Part shown: positions 21,560 through 33,085 of the stretch, piece by piece | How positions within the stretch are numbered: the stretch's first letter is position 1 | Layout of the letters: every line of letters starts with the position of its first letter | Origin: Camelus dromedarius | Taxonomy: Eukaryota | Direction of reading: 5' to 3' | Assembly: GCF_036321535.1 (NCBI RefSeq) | Contig: NC_087462.1 | Coordinates: forward strand, 9,734,001-9,798,000 | DNA: 64,000 nt | The notes under the pieces: generated by a model | What the model saw: the letters and a program-made list of their open reading frames with translations, nothing else | What the model was told of the DNA's origin: nothing | The model's database searches: none | Made by a program: the position numbers and the translations under genes

Positions 21560-23750
21560 CGGGAAATGCCTGAGAGGTCTCCCCCCATCCTTGTCCCCAG
21601 AGCTGTGATTGACAAGGGGCAAGCCTATCAACCCCTAATAATGTGAAAAAGGTACAAGCCTTTGTAGGGATTTGGGGGTTTCAGAGGACTTTTATTCCCC
21701 ACCTGGCGCAGTGCCTCCATCCTTTATACCACCTTTAAGCAAAGAAAGGGCATGTGTGGGACTGGGGATTAGAGCAGCAAGCCAAAAATACTTGAGAAGG
21801 CAAAAATACTAGTGAAGCAGATTAAAGCTCTGGGCATCTCCCAAGCAGGGTTACCATGAGAGTTAGATGTATCTGTGACTCTGGACGGTACGGATTGCGC
21901 ACCGTGGCAGAGACAGCAGGAGAGAGTATCCCTCAGATTTTGGTTCCAGCTCCGGAAGGGGGCAGAAACCCAATATACCCCCATAAAGCAAAAGCTCTAG
22001 CAGAATACATCACGCCCCTCCAAGTAGAGCCTCTAGCGAAAACCAGCATACCATGGAAATAACGTCAGTTCTTATCAAGGGGTGTGTTAAGAGTATGTTC
22101 CATCGACACCCCTCTGCCACGGCTCAAACCCCCACAGTCACTGAGTGACGTCCTATATGCGGCACAGGAGCCCCCTGTTGGCCAGCCCACTGTCTCTAGA
22201 AACGCGGGTACTGCTGGATCTTGCAGAGTATGTAGAGCCTCCAAATGCCCCACCCCTCTTCCTGTGGTTGCCCTCGCAGCGTGTAGAGAGGAAGTGGGGG
22301 AAATTTCTGCTGATGGCTGCAGTTGAGCTGAATCTGGTTGGGCAGCAGGTCATTGGATTACAGTCACTATTCAGCCCAACACTGCCACCATCTGGATGGC
22401 AAACAAACTGCAGCAGCCAGTGGGCTGAACTCCTGGCGATCACTCAAGACCCCCGGGTGTTTGTTAACCCTTTGCATTAATAGTTGGGCTGTTTTCAAGG
22501 CATTAACCCTATGGTTTGGACAATGGGAAGCCAAGGAGTGGATGATCATGAATAAGCCCTTGCAGGGTGAAGATATGTGAAAAGACATTTGGGTTCACCT
22601 CCAGTAACCAGAGGCGATCCTCACTGTTTTCCATGTCCCTGGCAATCGGAGAGCTGATGCTCTAACCCAGTAGAAGCCCTAATGGGCTCTTAAGTAGATA
22701 CAGCAGATTGGGCTTATAGGACGAGCAGCCATCGTAGTGGGATGGCATATTGCCAAGGATGCTAAATTGCCCTCGAAATACAGTGACTTGGTTAATGCAG
22801 TGACAGTTGGTCCTGTGTGTTCTAAACAATGCCCCAGGCAGCTGCCAGTGGAATCTGGGGCCATCCACTGGAATTCCCAACCAGTGAGGGATTGGCAAGT
22901 GAGGGTTCTAATTGTCTTGGTTTGGGTGGATACCACATCTAGCCTAACCCAAGGTTTCCCCTGTCACTGTCCACCACTAGGGGATTAGAGGAACTGAGTA
23001 CAGATATTCTCATCGAATAGACAGTGACCGGGGGTTACATTTTAAGGGTCATGATGTGCAAGATTGGGCCAAAGCACGTGACACTGAGCAGAAGTTCCAT
23101 CTCCACCCCTCCCCCATCCTCCAACCCAAAGCTGCAGGCAGCAGGGTTGGTAGAAAGAGAGAACGGAATTTTAAAGCAGCAGATTAAATGACTAAGAGGA
23201 AAAACCACCCGCTAGGCGGACTAAAGTACTGCCCCAGGCTTTAATACATTTAAATAATCAACCAGGAAGGCCTGTTGCCCCATATGCCAGACTGAGGAGC
23301 CCTGCCCAGACACCCAACACTGTAAAGGTGCGGAAGTGGTGGGAGAGAGCCCCTGCCCCGACTCTCAGTGTGGATCGATGTGTGGTGCTGCCTAGAACAC
23401 CAAGCCCTGTCACACCAGCAGTGGAGTTCGCTGTGGGATGTCCCACCAGGATGAGTGAGTTACACCCCTGGGTGAGGGGGACCTGCTTAGTCTCTACTGG
23501 GACCCTGCTGTCCTGCTATAAGCTGGACAGTCACCATTGAAAGACAGGAGAAGGTGGGGGTCCTGGTCTGGGAGGAGAAGGTGGGGGTCCTGTTCTGGGA
23601 GGAGAAGGTAGGGGTCCTGCTCTGGTCTCTCCTTCCCCGAGTCCACCTTCTCACTCCTGACAGTGCTGCTCTTTCTGCCGACATGTCTGATATGCACAAC
23701 GAGGTCAAGTTCATAAAACTGCAGCCACATTAACATCTAAGGATCAGGTC
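21560..23750 (+). pseudogene. ERV-L-like pol remnant (RT thumb, RNase H, integrase) of the outer provirus
   Basis: NNVKKVQAFVGIWGF. LRFWFQLRKGAETQYTPI. SSQWAELLAI. SQPVRDWQV. IDSDRGLHFKGHDVQDWA. AGLVERENGILKQQIK. Confidence 0.8.
23547..23626 (+). repeat. 27-bp tandem repeat x3
   Basis: Unit ggagaaggtgggggtcctg(g/t/c)tctggga. Confidence 0.85.
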
Positions 23751-24033
23751 ATAAGTGTGAAGGGGAAGACCTCCCCTGCAAGTTCCTACTAAGGATCTGT
23801 CTTTTTGACCTTAGACTCCTGCTGCTTCTGTGCTGTCCAGTCACAGGGTGGGCACCAAAGGGACCCACACACATGCCCAGCAAAGGAATCACTCCAGCTG
23901 TTGGATATGTGAAAAACTGCTCCTCTCTAATTCATCAGGATTGCTGTGGTGGGCACTAACACTCCAGTGAGGGAATTAGAAGGCACTAACGCAGTATATT
24001 ACATTACAGAAAAACAAACCTGGATGAAAGCTC

Positions 24034-24161
24034 TTTTTTTTTCTTTTCTAGTGGGGAGAAGGTAATTAGGTATGTATTTATTTTGATTTTTTTTAAATGG
24101 AGGTACTGGGGACCTCATGCGTGCTAAGCATGCACTCTACCACTGAGCTATACCCTCCCCC
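24034..24161 (-). mobile_element. Vic-1-like SINE in env (B box deleted)
   Basis: ctctaccactgagctataccctcccc; lacks ttgaacccagg. Confidence 0.85.
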
Positions 24162-25131
24162 TTAGATTAGTGCCTTTAATTCATCTGATATTACCAATAC
24201 TGATCCAAAAACCAGGCACACACTATCAGTAACACTGAGCAGGGGATATTCTTTTTCTGTTAGTCATCACCGACAGCCCAGCAAACTGCTGACCAATAAA
24301 AGTACCACCATCAGAGACACAGGTGGTTATGCTTACATCCGAAATGGGTACATTTGGTTAACCCCAGGTTAGGGATATTTGAGTACCTGGGGACCTCTAT
24401 TTTGGGAACAGAAAAAACATTCTCAACAGAACCAACTCAGTTGGAATATGAGGAATATGAGAAGTACATCATTGGAAACTGTGCCAGCATTCTGTCCTAT
24501 TAAAGGATAGCGACTGGTTTGGCACTGGTCATGCAGCCCAGGTATTTATTGGGTAATCCTTAATGAGACCCAGTGGATGTGGGGCAAAAATATTTGGCCA
24601 TCGCTTCCACCTGGATGGTTGGGCTGCTGCATCCTGGGTGCAGAGAGAATCCACCCCGCAGTCACAAAAGTTGTGAACCTCCCTCTCCTCCAGTCCAGAT
24701 GGGCACATTCTGTTTTCCACTGGTACAATCATTTGACCACTGTCTTTTTCCCCTTTATTGGCCTGGAGCACTCATAGAAGCCCTTACTCAATTCACCCAG
24801 CAAGTCTTAAGTGATAGTTGACAAAGTCTGCACTTCCTGAACAGTGACATGTCTGCAATGAGAAAAGCTATCCTTCAAAACAGGATGACCTCGGACATCA
24901 TTACTGCCTCGCAAGGAGGCACCTGTGTCATTATTCAAGTAGAATGTTGTGTGTTCATGCCTGATGCGTCTGCTAACGTATCGTCTTTATTAAAGCACAT
25001 GAGGACACAAGTGAAGGCCTTGAGTGACTCCCAGCCTCAGGGACTTAATAAATCAGTATTCAAATCATGAGGCTCTTGGTGGGAAAAAAAATTGTTACTT
25101 ATTTTGAGAATTGTTATCTTAATCCATGTTT

Positions 25132-25250
25132 CTTTTTTTTTGGGAGGGGCAGGTAATTAGGTTTATTTATTTATTTATTTAAATGGTGCGACTGGGGATT
25201 GAACCTAGGACCTCTTGAATGCTCTACCATTGAGCTATACCCTCCCACCC
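25132..25250 (-). mobile_element. Vic-1-like SINE in the env membrane-spanning region
   Basis: SINE head and tail, flanked by aatccatgtttc/aatccctgcttc. Confidence 0.85.
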
Positions 25251-25429
25251 CAATCCCTGCTTCGTTTTGCGTGTGCCTATGTTGTTGTTGTGCTATCTGC
25301 CTCCATTGCAGCTGGAGAGCCACCCAACATGCCCCCTCCATGCTAATGATACTCCTGGCTGACCATTCATCACATGTGGTAGAAGAGGGGGCCATGTCAG
25401 ATTGTACAAGCCAGTCACGAGGGGTGGAG

Positions 25430-25861
25430 TGTTGGAGGAGGTCATTGATAGAACATGACTGTCAGTTGACCCTCGAGGTGGCTCGTGGCAATCAGAGGCC
25501 CCTTACCCCTGCTCCCCATCTTTGGAATGTATGTTCCACCCACTATTCCCACAATGGGAGCCATTTTCAAAGACTCAGCTTTGAGAGAGTAAAGTGTTGT
25601 TGAGGCCACCTGAACAGTATATGTGACTGAATCCAGTTAAGGTCTCTATGTAAACATTTAAGATTCTGGTGAGCAGTGTGGAGATCTACTGGTCTTGTGG
25701 TTGCCTCCCAGAAAGCCTCATAAATAAGTTCCTTTGCTGATTAAAGCAACCACTTACCAACCTGGAATGGTCTACCTCTTTCTTTTGTTTTTCCTTGCCT
25801 TCTATGTATGGGGACCAGTTTCAGATTTCATCGGGAGAACTCCTGAGGTTGGGAACCACTA
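25430..25861 (+). mobile_element. 3' LTR of the outer provirus
   Basis: tgttggaggagg...gggaaccacta, preceded by a purine tract. Confidence 0.8.
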
Positions 25862-26044
25862 TTCCTCCAAAGTGGTGGGAATAATGGGGTACTTCAAGGG
25901 GACCCATAGTTTCTTCACTTCTGTATCTTTAGTGGGTTATCTTTTCCAGGATGTTTGTTTCCTCATGGGCATTGAGTTTTGAATTTCATATAATTTTCAT
26001 ATGTCATTAAATATTCTTCTTTTGATTTTTCTTCCATTTACAAA

Positions 26045-27175
26045 TATCAACAAAATTTAATCAATAGTCTAAGAAAGATTTAGAGAATTTTATTTGAGTC
26101 AATCTGCAATTATAACCCAAGAGAGAGTCTTTCAGAAAGTTCTGAGAATTGTTCCGACAGTTAGAAGTCAAAGCCCAGTTGCATAGTTTTCAAGACAGGG
26201 TTCTGACAATTTACAGAGGCCAGGTCTGCACATATTATGTGAGTAGTGGGCCATTGTGACCCGTTACAGGATTTAGGAAGGAATATTATCTCATAAAGAG
26301 TTCCCTTGCTGGCACTAGAAGAAAATTGCTTTTCTGTTGAGCAGGCATTCCTGTGTTAAGGAGATCTAGTTAATATATAATGCAGATGTGTTACCAAACC
26401 AAACTTGGGTCAGTTTGCCTGTGCACCAATCTATTGCCACTGGATTGTAGTGAATTAAAGCCAATCTATTGGCACTGGATTGTCGTGAAGGAAAGTGTAG
26501 CATTTATTGCAGGGCGCCTAGCAAGGAGTCCAGGCAGCTACTGTCCAAAAGATCTGAACTCCTTGATGGCTTTCAGGGAAAGGTTTTTAAAGACAGGGCG
26601 AGGGAGGGTGGGAGTTGTGGGATACATGATCAGCTTGTGGACATTCTTCTGATTGGTTGGTGGTGAGGTAATCAAGAGTCAACATCATCAACCTTCTGGT
26701 TCCAACCCATCGGGCTCTACATGTTTGTGGGCAACATACAGTTAACTTCTTCCACCTGGTGGTGGTTTCAGTATTTGCAAAACAGCTCAAAGAACATGGC
26801 TCATAATATTATCTATAGCCCTTGAGGAGGAACTAAAGGTCCTTGACTTTGTTTAATGGCTAAACTATTACTGTTTTGTCTTGCTTGACTCTTTTCCTTT
26901 GCTTCTGCATTTTCCCACTTCTCTGATTAAATTTATTCTTTAGAACTCAGGGAAGGCCTATGAGGCTAAAGTTTTTCTACAAATAAGAGGCAGGTGGAGA
27001 ACATGGGATGGGGTTGGGGGGGACAGACCTATCCCAGGAAGGCCCCATAGGGTCCTGCTCAGTTACAGATGCACAATACACACTAAAGGGGAGTGAGTAG
27101 TGGCCCAAACAGCAGAGAAAATTTTATGGTAAAAATTTTCTTGACCCACCTTAAGAACAATTTTATTTCATCACT
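26045..27175 (-). mobile_element. Older LTR interrupted by a younger LTR
   Basis: Sequence continuity tgcagatg|cacaatacac across the insertion; minus-strand AATAAA near 26093. Ends approximate. Confidence 0.55.
26389..27067 (-). mobile_element. Solo ERV1 LTR (679 bp)
   Basis: tgttacc...agttaca termini, perfect 4-bp TSD GATG. Confidence 0.85.
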
Positions 27176-27218
27176 AATATAAAAATCATTCTTAGCTTAC
27201 AGGTGGAAACACAGCCTC

Positions 27219-27711
27219 TGTACCCTGCTTACTGAATTGTGACTCAAAGACAGAGTTTTGGATGAAGTTGAAAAGGCAGCTTTATTTCTTTGCCAGGCAA
27301 AGGAGGTAATAGTGGGCTAATGCCTCTAAGACTGTAAGCCTGCTGGGGAGAGAAGGCAGGGGGATTTATAGCAAAAGTTCAAGAGTTCAAGGGGTGGAGC
27401 TAGTTTCCATAGAGATCATACACAGGGTAACAAATTATTGCAAAGTTTTTCTTGTTTTTGCATATACAATGGTCCCCTTCCTTCTGCTGGGTATGAAGTT
27501 TACCTCTGGCTTTGGGACTTTCTCAATATTCTTGTTCCTAGAACAAAAGGTGCACAGAAAGAGGCTCTGTGGAAAAGAGCTCTAGAGAAAAATTTGTGCA
27601 GCTTAAAGTCAGGCTGATAAATGCTTTTAGCCTTTTAAGCAGGCTGAGGGCTGCAGCTCGAAAAACAGGATACAAGGAAACCACAGGGATCAACAACAAC
27701 TATGAATAACA
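27219..27711 (-). mobile_element. Solo LTR related to the 4392-4987 LTR
   Basis: Shares the R/U5 motif tttatt(g/t)ctttgccaggcaaagg...ggcta(g/a)tgcct. No clear TSD. Confidence 0.7.
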
Positions 27712-28339
27712 AGATGCACAAAACACTCCACTGCCCCTTCTGAGGTGTCAGGGTTATGAGGAGGGCACTGGGGGCAAAAGCAGGGCACTGAGCATGATCC
27801 CCTCACACAGCACCACCAGGGTTTGGGTGGACCACCCATGCCTCCCTCCTCTCCAGCCTAACCCTGGTCAGTAAGAGCATGAGAAAAACTCTTTAAACCA
27901 TTATACAGTTGAGGTAGTTACAAACACCACTGTAGATATCAGATGGTCACTGATAACAATAGGGTCGTGCTCTGTTTCAGTGGTACAAAAACCAGGCGGT
28001 GGGCTAACCCATGATATTGTAGAAAATTGTAAAACATGCAAAAGTAGATAATATTCTGTTCCCTAGCTTTCCATATCTTCCACCTGAGGGTGTAAAAGGA
28101 AGCAGCCATACTAAATACTTTCATATCACATTAAAAAAAAAAAACTTATTGTATCTGTGAGCAAGTCCTCAAGTTACACCAAGATTTCATGGCTCAAATT
28201 GGTCCCTATTTTTAGTTAAACTAATCACTGCATAATCCATAAAAGTTTTCCTTGGGAGGACTTTCTAGAACTAGAATTGCGGGTTTTTCATACTTGTCTC
28301 CCCAATTTCCCGGAAACACCCACTGTGTTTCTGGAAGAC

Positions 28340-28687
28340 AGGCTAATACCGCAAGGAATTCTGGGGAGCGTAGTTCTGGTTTGCAGCTAGCGAATCCCTA
28401 AGCGCTGAGCCCGGACATTTCCGGCGGAAGTTACTGGGCCTGAGAAGAAAGCGAGACAGTTTTCCGCAAACGTCGCTCACGGGTGCACTTGCGGGATGGG
28501 CGGGGGGCGTGGCTTCTTGTCTCCATGCCATTGGCGGGTCGCTTTCCCAGCACGCGCATACGGCGCTTCCGGCCCCGACCTCACAAAGTCTTCTGGGAGT
28601 TGTAGTTCAGATATTTGCCCGAACTCTCCTCGGGCAGCGGCTCGGAGGTCCGAGGCGGTCTACCGCCTTCCGCGCTTGTTTCACGGG
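28340..28687 (+). promoter_or_regulatory. MVB12A CpG-island promoter with ZNF143/THAP11-type ACTACAnnTCCCA and ETS motifs
   Basis: tgggagttgtagt at 28594-28606, tggggagcgtagtt at 28362-28375, cggaagt near 28425, cttccgg near 28566, high CpG density. Confidence 0.7.
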
Positions 28688-28777
28688 ATGGATCCAGGGC
28701 CGGGGACCGACGCGTCTCCGCTGGCTGGGCTGGCCTGGTCGTCGGCCTCCGCGCCTCCGCCGCGGGGATTCAGTGCG
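28688..28777 (+). CDS. MVB12A: MVB12A exon 1 (ESCRT-I subunit)
   Basis: [30 protein letters not shown]|gtgagc. Confidence 0.95.
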
Positions 28778-28905
28778 GTGAGCGACGTCGGGGGACGCGG
28801 GACAAGTAAAGGGAGATGCGGCGGCACCAGGGCGGGGGCTTTAATGGGGACAGAGGCGGCTGCGGTCGGGTAGGAGCTTGGCGCTGACCCGCGTCCGCGC
28901 CTTAG

Positions 28906-29004
28906 ATCTCCTGCACCGTGGAGGGGGCTCCTGCTAGCTTCGGCAAGACCTTCGGGCAGAAATCTGGCTACTTCCTGTGCCTCAATCCTTTGGGCAGCCT
29001 AGAG
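28906..29004 (+). CDS. MVB12A: MVB12A exon 2
   Basis: cttag|[33 protein letters not shown]|gtaagt. Confidence 0.95.
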
Positions 29005-29119
29005 GTAAGTGGCGCCTGCCTTCAGAATCCCCGGGATCCTCCCACTCGCGCAGTCCATTCTCGGGGCGCGCCGTCTCTGCTGCTGGGTGACTCGCTGTGT
29101 GTCTCCCCCTCCACCCTAG

Positions 29120-29216
29120 AATCCACAGGAGAATGTGGTGGTCGATATCCAGGTCCTGGTGGACAAGAGTCCCCTCCCGCCAGGATTCTCCCCAGTCTGT
29201 GACCCCCTGGACTCCA
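29120..29216 (+). CDS. MVB12A: MVB12A exon 3
   Basis: ctag|[32 protein letters not shown]|gtgagt; 97 nt. Confidence 0.95.
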
Positions 29217-29716
29217 GTGAGTCTCGCGTCGACAATGTAGCGGGGTGGGATGGGGTGGAGTCGGGGAGTACGTTCGCGTCCCTGAGAGGAGGACCTGGAA
29301 GGGAATGGACTGACCACAGGTGCGCGAATTTTGAGTCTTGGCCGCCCTTTCGGTGCACTGGGTGATGACATTGTTGGCTGAGGACTAAAGAGCCCTGATC
29401 TAGGGCGGGACGATGTGCCCTGCCCTGGGTAAAAATGTGGGGTTGGTACAGTCTCTTTCCTAGAGTAAGAGTCCAGTCAATGCAACCAGTTTTGTTACTG
29501 TTACTACTCCATCTCCTAACACTGTAGCCAAGCTGAACCACACGCAGTTCTATTTTTCATTTCCAGGCTTTTGCACACGGGCTTCGGTTGCCCTAGTGTT
29601 GCCCTCCCGGCCGTGACTGCTCTGCTTTCTAACTATCAGGCTCTCCCTGCCTCCCGTGCATGCCCCCACCATGTCTTGTCATTTATATTTAACTCTTAGC
29701 ATATATCTATTGATAC

Positions 29717-29892
29717 AGGACTTGGCAAACTTTTTCTGTAAAAGGCCAGGTAGTAAATATATTAGGCTTTGCAGGCCAGGTGGTATCTGTTACATATATG
29801 TATGGATGTAAAGACCATTCTTAGCTCATGAGCCATAGAGGAAGAGACTTTGGACCGGATTTGGCTCACAGGCTGCAGTTTGCTGACCCCTG
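29717..29892 (+). mobile_element. MER58A-like hAT element
   Basis: caggacttggcaaactttttctgtaaaaggccagg...cagtttgctgacccctg. Confidence 0.8.
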
Positions 29893-30227
29893 GATTAGAG
29901 GGCTGAGAGAAAGTGAGTTTGGAGGGGGCCAGGCTGGGTACCCTGTTCTGTCTGATCCCACAGCTATCCACCCTCGCTGTGGTACCCAGGGCCACCCCAT
30001 GGATGCTCCTCCATGTCACTAAAGATGAGCCTGCCCCAATGGCTCCTAAAAGCTGCATGGAGTCCCCTCCTCTTGCCTTACCATTCATGATTTAGCCACT
30101 GTCCTAACACCATTCAAGTGACTGCCTTAAACAGCACCCTGGCGAGCATCATCCTGGAGCCATCTTTGGGCCCCTGCCCTGTTTCTTCTTCCCTTTTCTC
30201 ATTCCCCTCCTTGCCTCCCACTCCCAG

Positions 30228-30354
30228 AGGCCTCTGTGTCAAAGAAGAAACGCATGTGTGTGAAGCTGGTGCCCTTGGGGGTCGCAGACACGGCTGTATT
30301 TGACGTCCGGCTGAGTGGGAAGACCAAGACGGTGCCTGGTTACCTGCGAGTAGG
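30228..30354 (+). CDS. MVB12A: MVB12A exon 4
   Basis: cccag|(K)[41 protein letters not shown](G)|gtaggg; 127 nt. Confidence 0.93.
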
Positions 30355-30715
30355 GTAGGGCTGCCCCCTCGGTCTCTGGCCTCCTTCCTCACCCCGCCCC
30401 CCCCAAGTCTCATCTCCCCCTCTGATCCTCAAGGATTCCCATGAGTCCTTCCCTTCTGCCACCTCCCTGGGCCTCAGTTTCCACATGTTAAAATGGGGAC
30501 AGTTGTACCAATCTTGTAGGGTGGTCATGAGGAGTAAAGGCGCTGATGTGTCTAAAGTGCCTAGTATGGTGACTGAACCCGGCAACATTGGTTAGTATGT
30601 TGCTGACAGTGTTGGCTGAGATGTGAGGTCACCCAGAAGCCTACCTCCCCTGCCAGCTGTTTTCAGCCCTGGCTGCATCTTAGACCAGAGCCCCTCCTCT
30701 CTCCTCCTCCTCTAG

Positions 30716-30835
30716 GGACATGGGTGGCTTTGCCATCTGGTGCAAGAAGGCCAAGGCCCCACGTCCAGTGCCCAAGCCCCGAGCTCTCAGCCGAGATATG
30801 AGGGACCTCTCCCTGGACCCGCCTGGACAGCCCAG
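30716..30835 (+). CDS. MVB12A: MVB12A exon 5
   Basis: tctag|[39 protein letters not shown]|gtgagt; 120 nt. Confidence 0.95.
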
Positions 30836-30918
30836 GTGAGTCCTTGGGCTCAGGGATGGGAGCAGCCATGGAAGGGGAATGGCATCAGGCCTGACCTGGG
30901 CTGTCCTGCTTCCACCAG

Positions 30919-31025
30919 CAAGGGTGGCTTCCTGGAGCGGACGCTGTCAAGGCTGGGCTCCCGGGCGTCTACCCTGCGGAGAAGCGACTCCATCTATGAG
31001 GCCTCCAACCTCTATGGCATGTCAG
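30919..31025 (+). CDS. MVB12A: MVB12A exon 6
   Basis: ccag|[35 protein letters not shown]|gtaagc; 107 nt. Confidence 0.95.
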
Positions 31026-31247
31026 GTAAGCACAGAACAGGGAAACTGAGGCACAGGGGTGGGGGCGGGGTGAGACTGGCCGGAGGTTGTACAGTCCAGA
31101 AGGGGCAGGGGCAAGGTTGGACCATCCCTAGGCCTCCCCGATTCTGTAAAGACTGGGAAGAGCTGAGACCTTTGGGATGGGTGTCTTGGGTTGGGATGGG
31201 CAGCAGGCAGGCTGCCTCAGTTCCTTCCTCCCACCTGCTTTCTTCAG

Positions 31248-31309
31248 CCATGGATGGGGTTCCCTTCACACTGCACCCCCGATTTGAGGGCAAGAGCTGT
31301 GGCCCCCTG
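31248..31309 (+). CDS. MVB12A: MVB12A exon 7
   Basis: ttcag|(A)[20 protein letters not shown]|gtgagt. Confidence 0.95.
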
Positions 31310-31612
31310 GTGAGTTAGGGTCATGGGGAATCTGGGTCAGCCCCTGCCCACTGCCTTGCTAGGCACCAGAACGCCGGGAGCATCATCCGTGACTCATGGA
31401 GGGGAGTTCCTGGGTTGGAGGAGGCTGGAGACCAAGGGGTGGGGGCTGGAGGGTCTCCCGGAATGAGGGAGTCCAGAAGGGCGGCTGGATGCTGGTGCTA
31501 GAGGTATGGCTGGTTGGGGGAGAGGACGGTTGGGCAAATATTGAGGAGGCTCTCCTTAAAGATGAGGGAATGGGGGTTCCAGGTTGGGGCCTGACCTGCT
31601 CCTGCCTGCCAG

Positions 31613-31669
31613 GCCTTCTCTGCCTTTGCTGATCTGACTATCAAGTCGCTGGCGGACATCGAGGAGGAG
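31613..31669 (+). CDS. MVB12A: MVB12A exon 8
   Basis: gccag|AFSAFADLTIKSLADIEEE|gtaggt. Confidence 0.95.
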
Positions 31670-31885
31670 GTAGGTGCAGAGCTGGGGAGGGGGTGGGGTT
31701 GGGGGCTGCAGGCCACCTCAGTCTCCCTCTGGCCCCCATGATCCCAGCTACATCCCACCTCGAGGGCTCAAGATCCCTCCGTTCCTAAGTGCTTCCCCAC
31801 CTCTCACCATTCCTCAGGCACTGGCCCCTCCCCCCCCCACTCCCCTACCCCTTCATCACTGTGCTCTCCCCTCACCCTACCTCAG

Positions 31886-31948
31886 TACAACTATGGCTTC
31901 GTGGTGGAGAAGACCGCGGCTGCCCGCCTGCCCCCCAGCGTCTCTTAG
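31886..31948 (+). CDS. MVB12A: MVB12A exon 9 CDS
   Basis: ctcag|YNYGFVVEKTAAARLPPSVS*. Total CDS 822 nt = 273 aa. Confidence 0.95.
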   Translation, partial: YNYGFVVEKTAAARLPPSVS

Positions 31949-32225
31949 CCCCAAACCAGCTCCAGGGAAGAGCCCCCTGCCTGACACTCCTTGACCGACA
32001 GCTGTCCACCCCATTCTATTTTGGGAACCTTGGCAGTGCAAGGCATTCCGGACCCTCGGCCACCCAGTGGAGCTGCAGCCCTGGAAGAGGGGGTGGGACT
32101 GGGTCTGTTTGGTGATGGGGCCCCCTGCCCAGTGGGCAGGGGTTGGGGCTGGACGGAAACCAGTGCCTTCAAGTCACTTGTGTCAAAACTCTGATGCCTG
32201 GAGGCCATGCAGGCATCCTCCTGGT

Positions 32226-32231
32226 AATAAA
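32226..32231 (+). terminator. MVB12A poly(A) signal
   Basis: AATAAA about 280 nt after the stop, followed by the GT-rich gtctgtgcc...tgtgtgtcctttgtgg. Confidence 0.75.
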
Positions 32232-33085
32232 CACTACGCTGTCTGTGCCATCTGTAGTCTCCATCCTGGCTGTGTGTCCTTTGTGGCTCGTAATCTTCAA
32301 CACACATGGAGCACGAGCTGGGGCAGATGCACACCCAGCAAGTAGGTGAAATCAGCGAGGGGAGGGGGGCACTGCTGCCACTCCCATTCTATGGAGGGAG
32401 AAACTGAGACTTGGGATTCTGGATCACAGAGAAGACTAGGTCCCGCCCCTCCATCGTTGCACATGACAGTAATAATAGTAACATCTACAGTTTATACTGT
32501 GTGTACCACATCCCAGCACCTGATAGGCAGTATATGATTTAGTCCTTCCCAGCCCCAGTGGGAAGACCTGGTTTTGGGGCCATTTCAAAGATAAGGAAAC
32601 CAAGGCTAGGGGTGGCTAAATTCACAGCTGGGATTTGAACCCAGAGCCTGCTGTCTTAACCACCAAGCCATCAGTTCTATACATCCCCTTTCTTCCGCTG
32701 TGTGGTGGATGCAAACGGTGGATTCTCGTGAATGACAGCAGTTACTTCCTATAAGGTCTTGGGGAAACTGAATTAGGAAATAAGGGATTCCTCGGGGAGA
32801 TCTGGGTACATTCCTGTAAACCTCTGGTCAGATTTCTGTCAAGTGATCAATATGTAACCTTACTTTCTGTGTGTTTCAAAACACCTTGTTTAATATATGC
32901 TGCTGGTTTGTTATCATTGAACTCAGAGCCAACAGCAGCATAACCTCATGCTTGAACAAAGCTCATCAAACAATATTTCCTCCAGAGGCACATTCTGGCC
33001 TTCTTCCTCCTGGGGACACTAGATAGCTCTTCAACAGTACACTTGGGGGCCTTTTCAAATGGCAAAATCACCAATAAAAAAGGAT

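Larger units (their letters stand above)
23800..25400 (+). pseudogene. Gamma-type env remnant of the outer provirus
   Basis: SU-end WPSLPPGWLGCCILG (24577-24777). TM immunosuppressive domain and CX6CC: LQNRMTSDIITASQGGTCVIIQVECC (24849-25070). Broken by stops, frameshifts and two SINEs. Confidence 0.8.
13177..25861 (+). mobile_element. Degenerate class III (ERV-L-like pol) provirus with env, containing a nested class I ERV and four SINEs
   Basis: Paired LTRs at 13177-13641 and 25430-25861, PBS-Arg, PPT-like gaggggtggag before the 3' LTR, and a near 5-bp TSD TTTCT/TTCCT. Confidence 0.8.

Noticed and set aside
23547-23626. Repeat array as CRISPR
   Set aside because: Eukaryotic DNA, and the units are adjacent with no unique spacers.
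24577-25070. Possible domesticated (syncytin-like) env
   Set aside because: Fragmented by stops, frameshifts and two SINEs; the longest pieces are only 66-73 codons.
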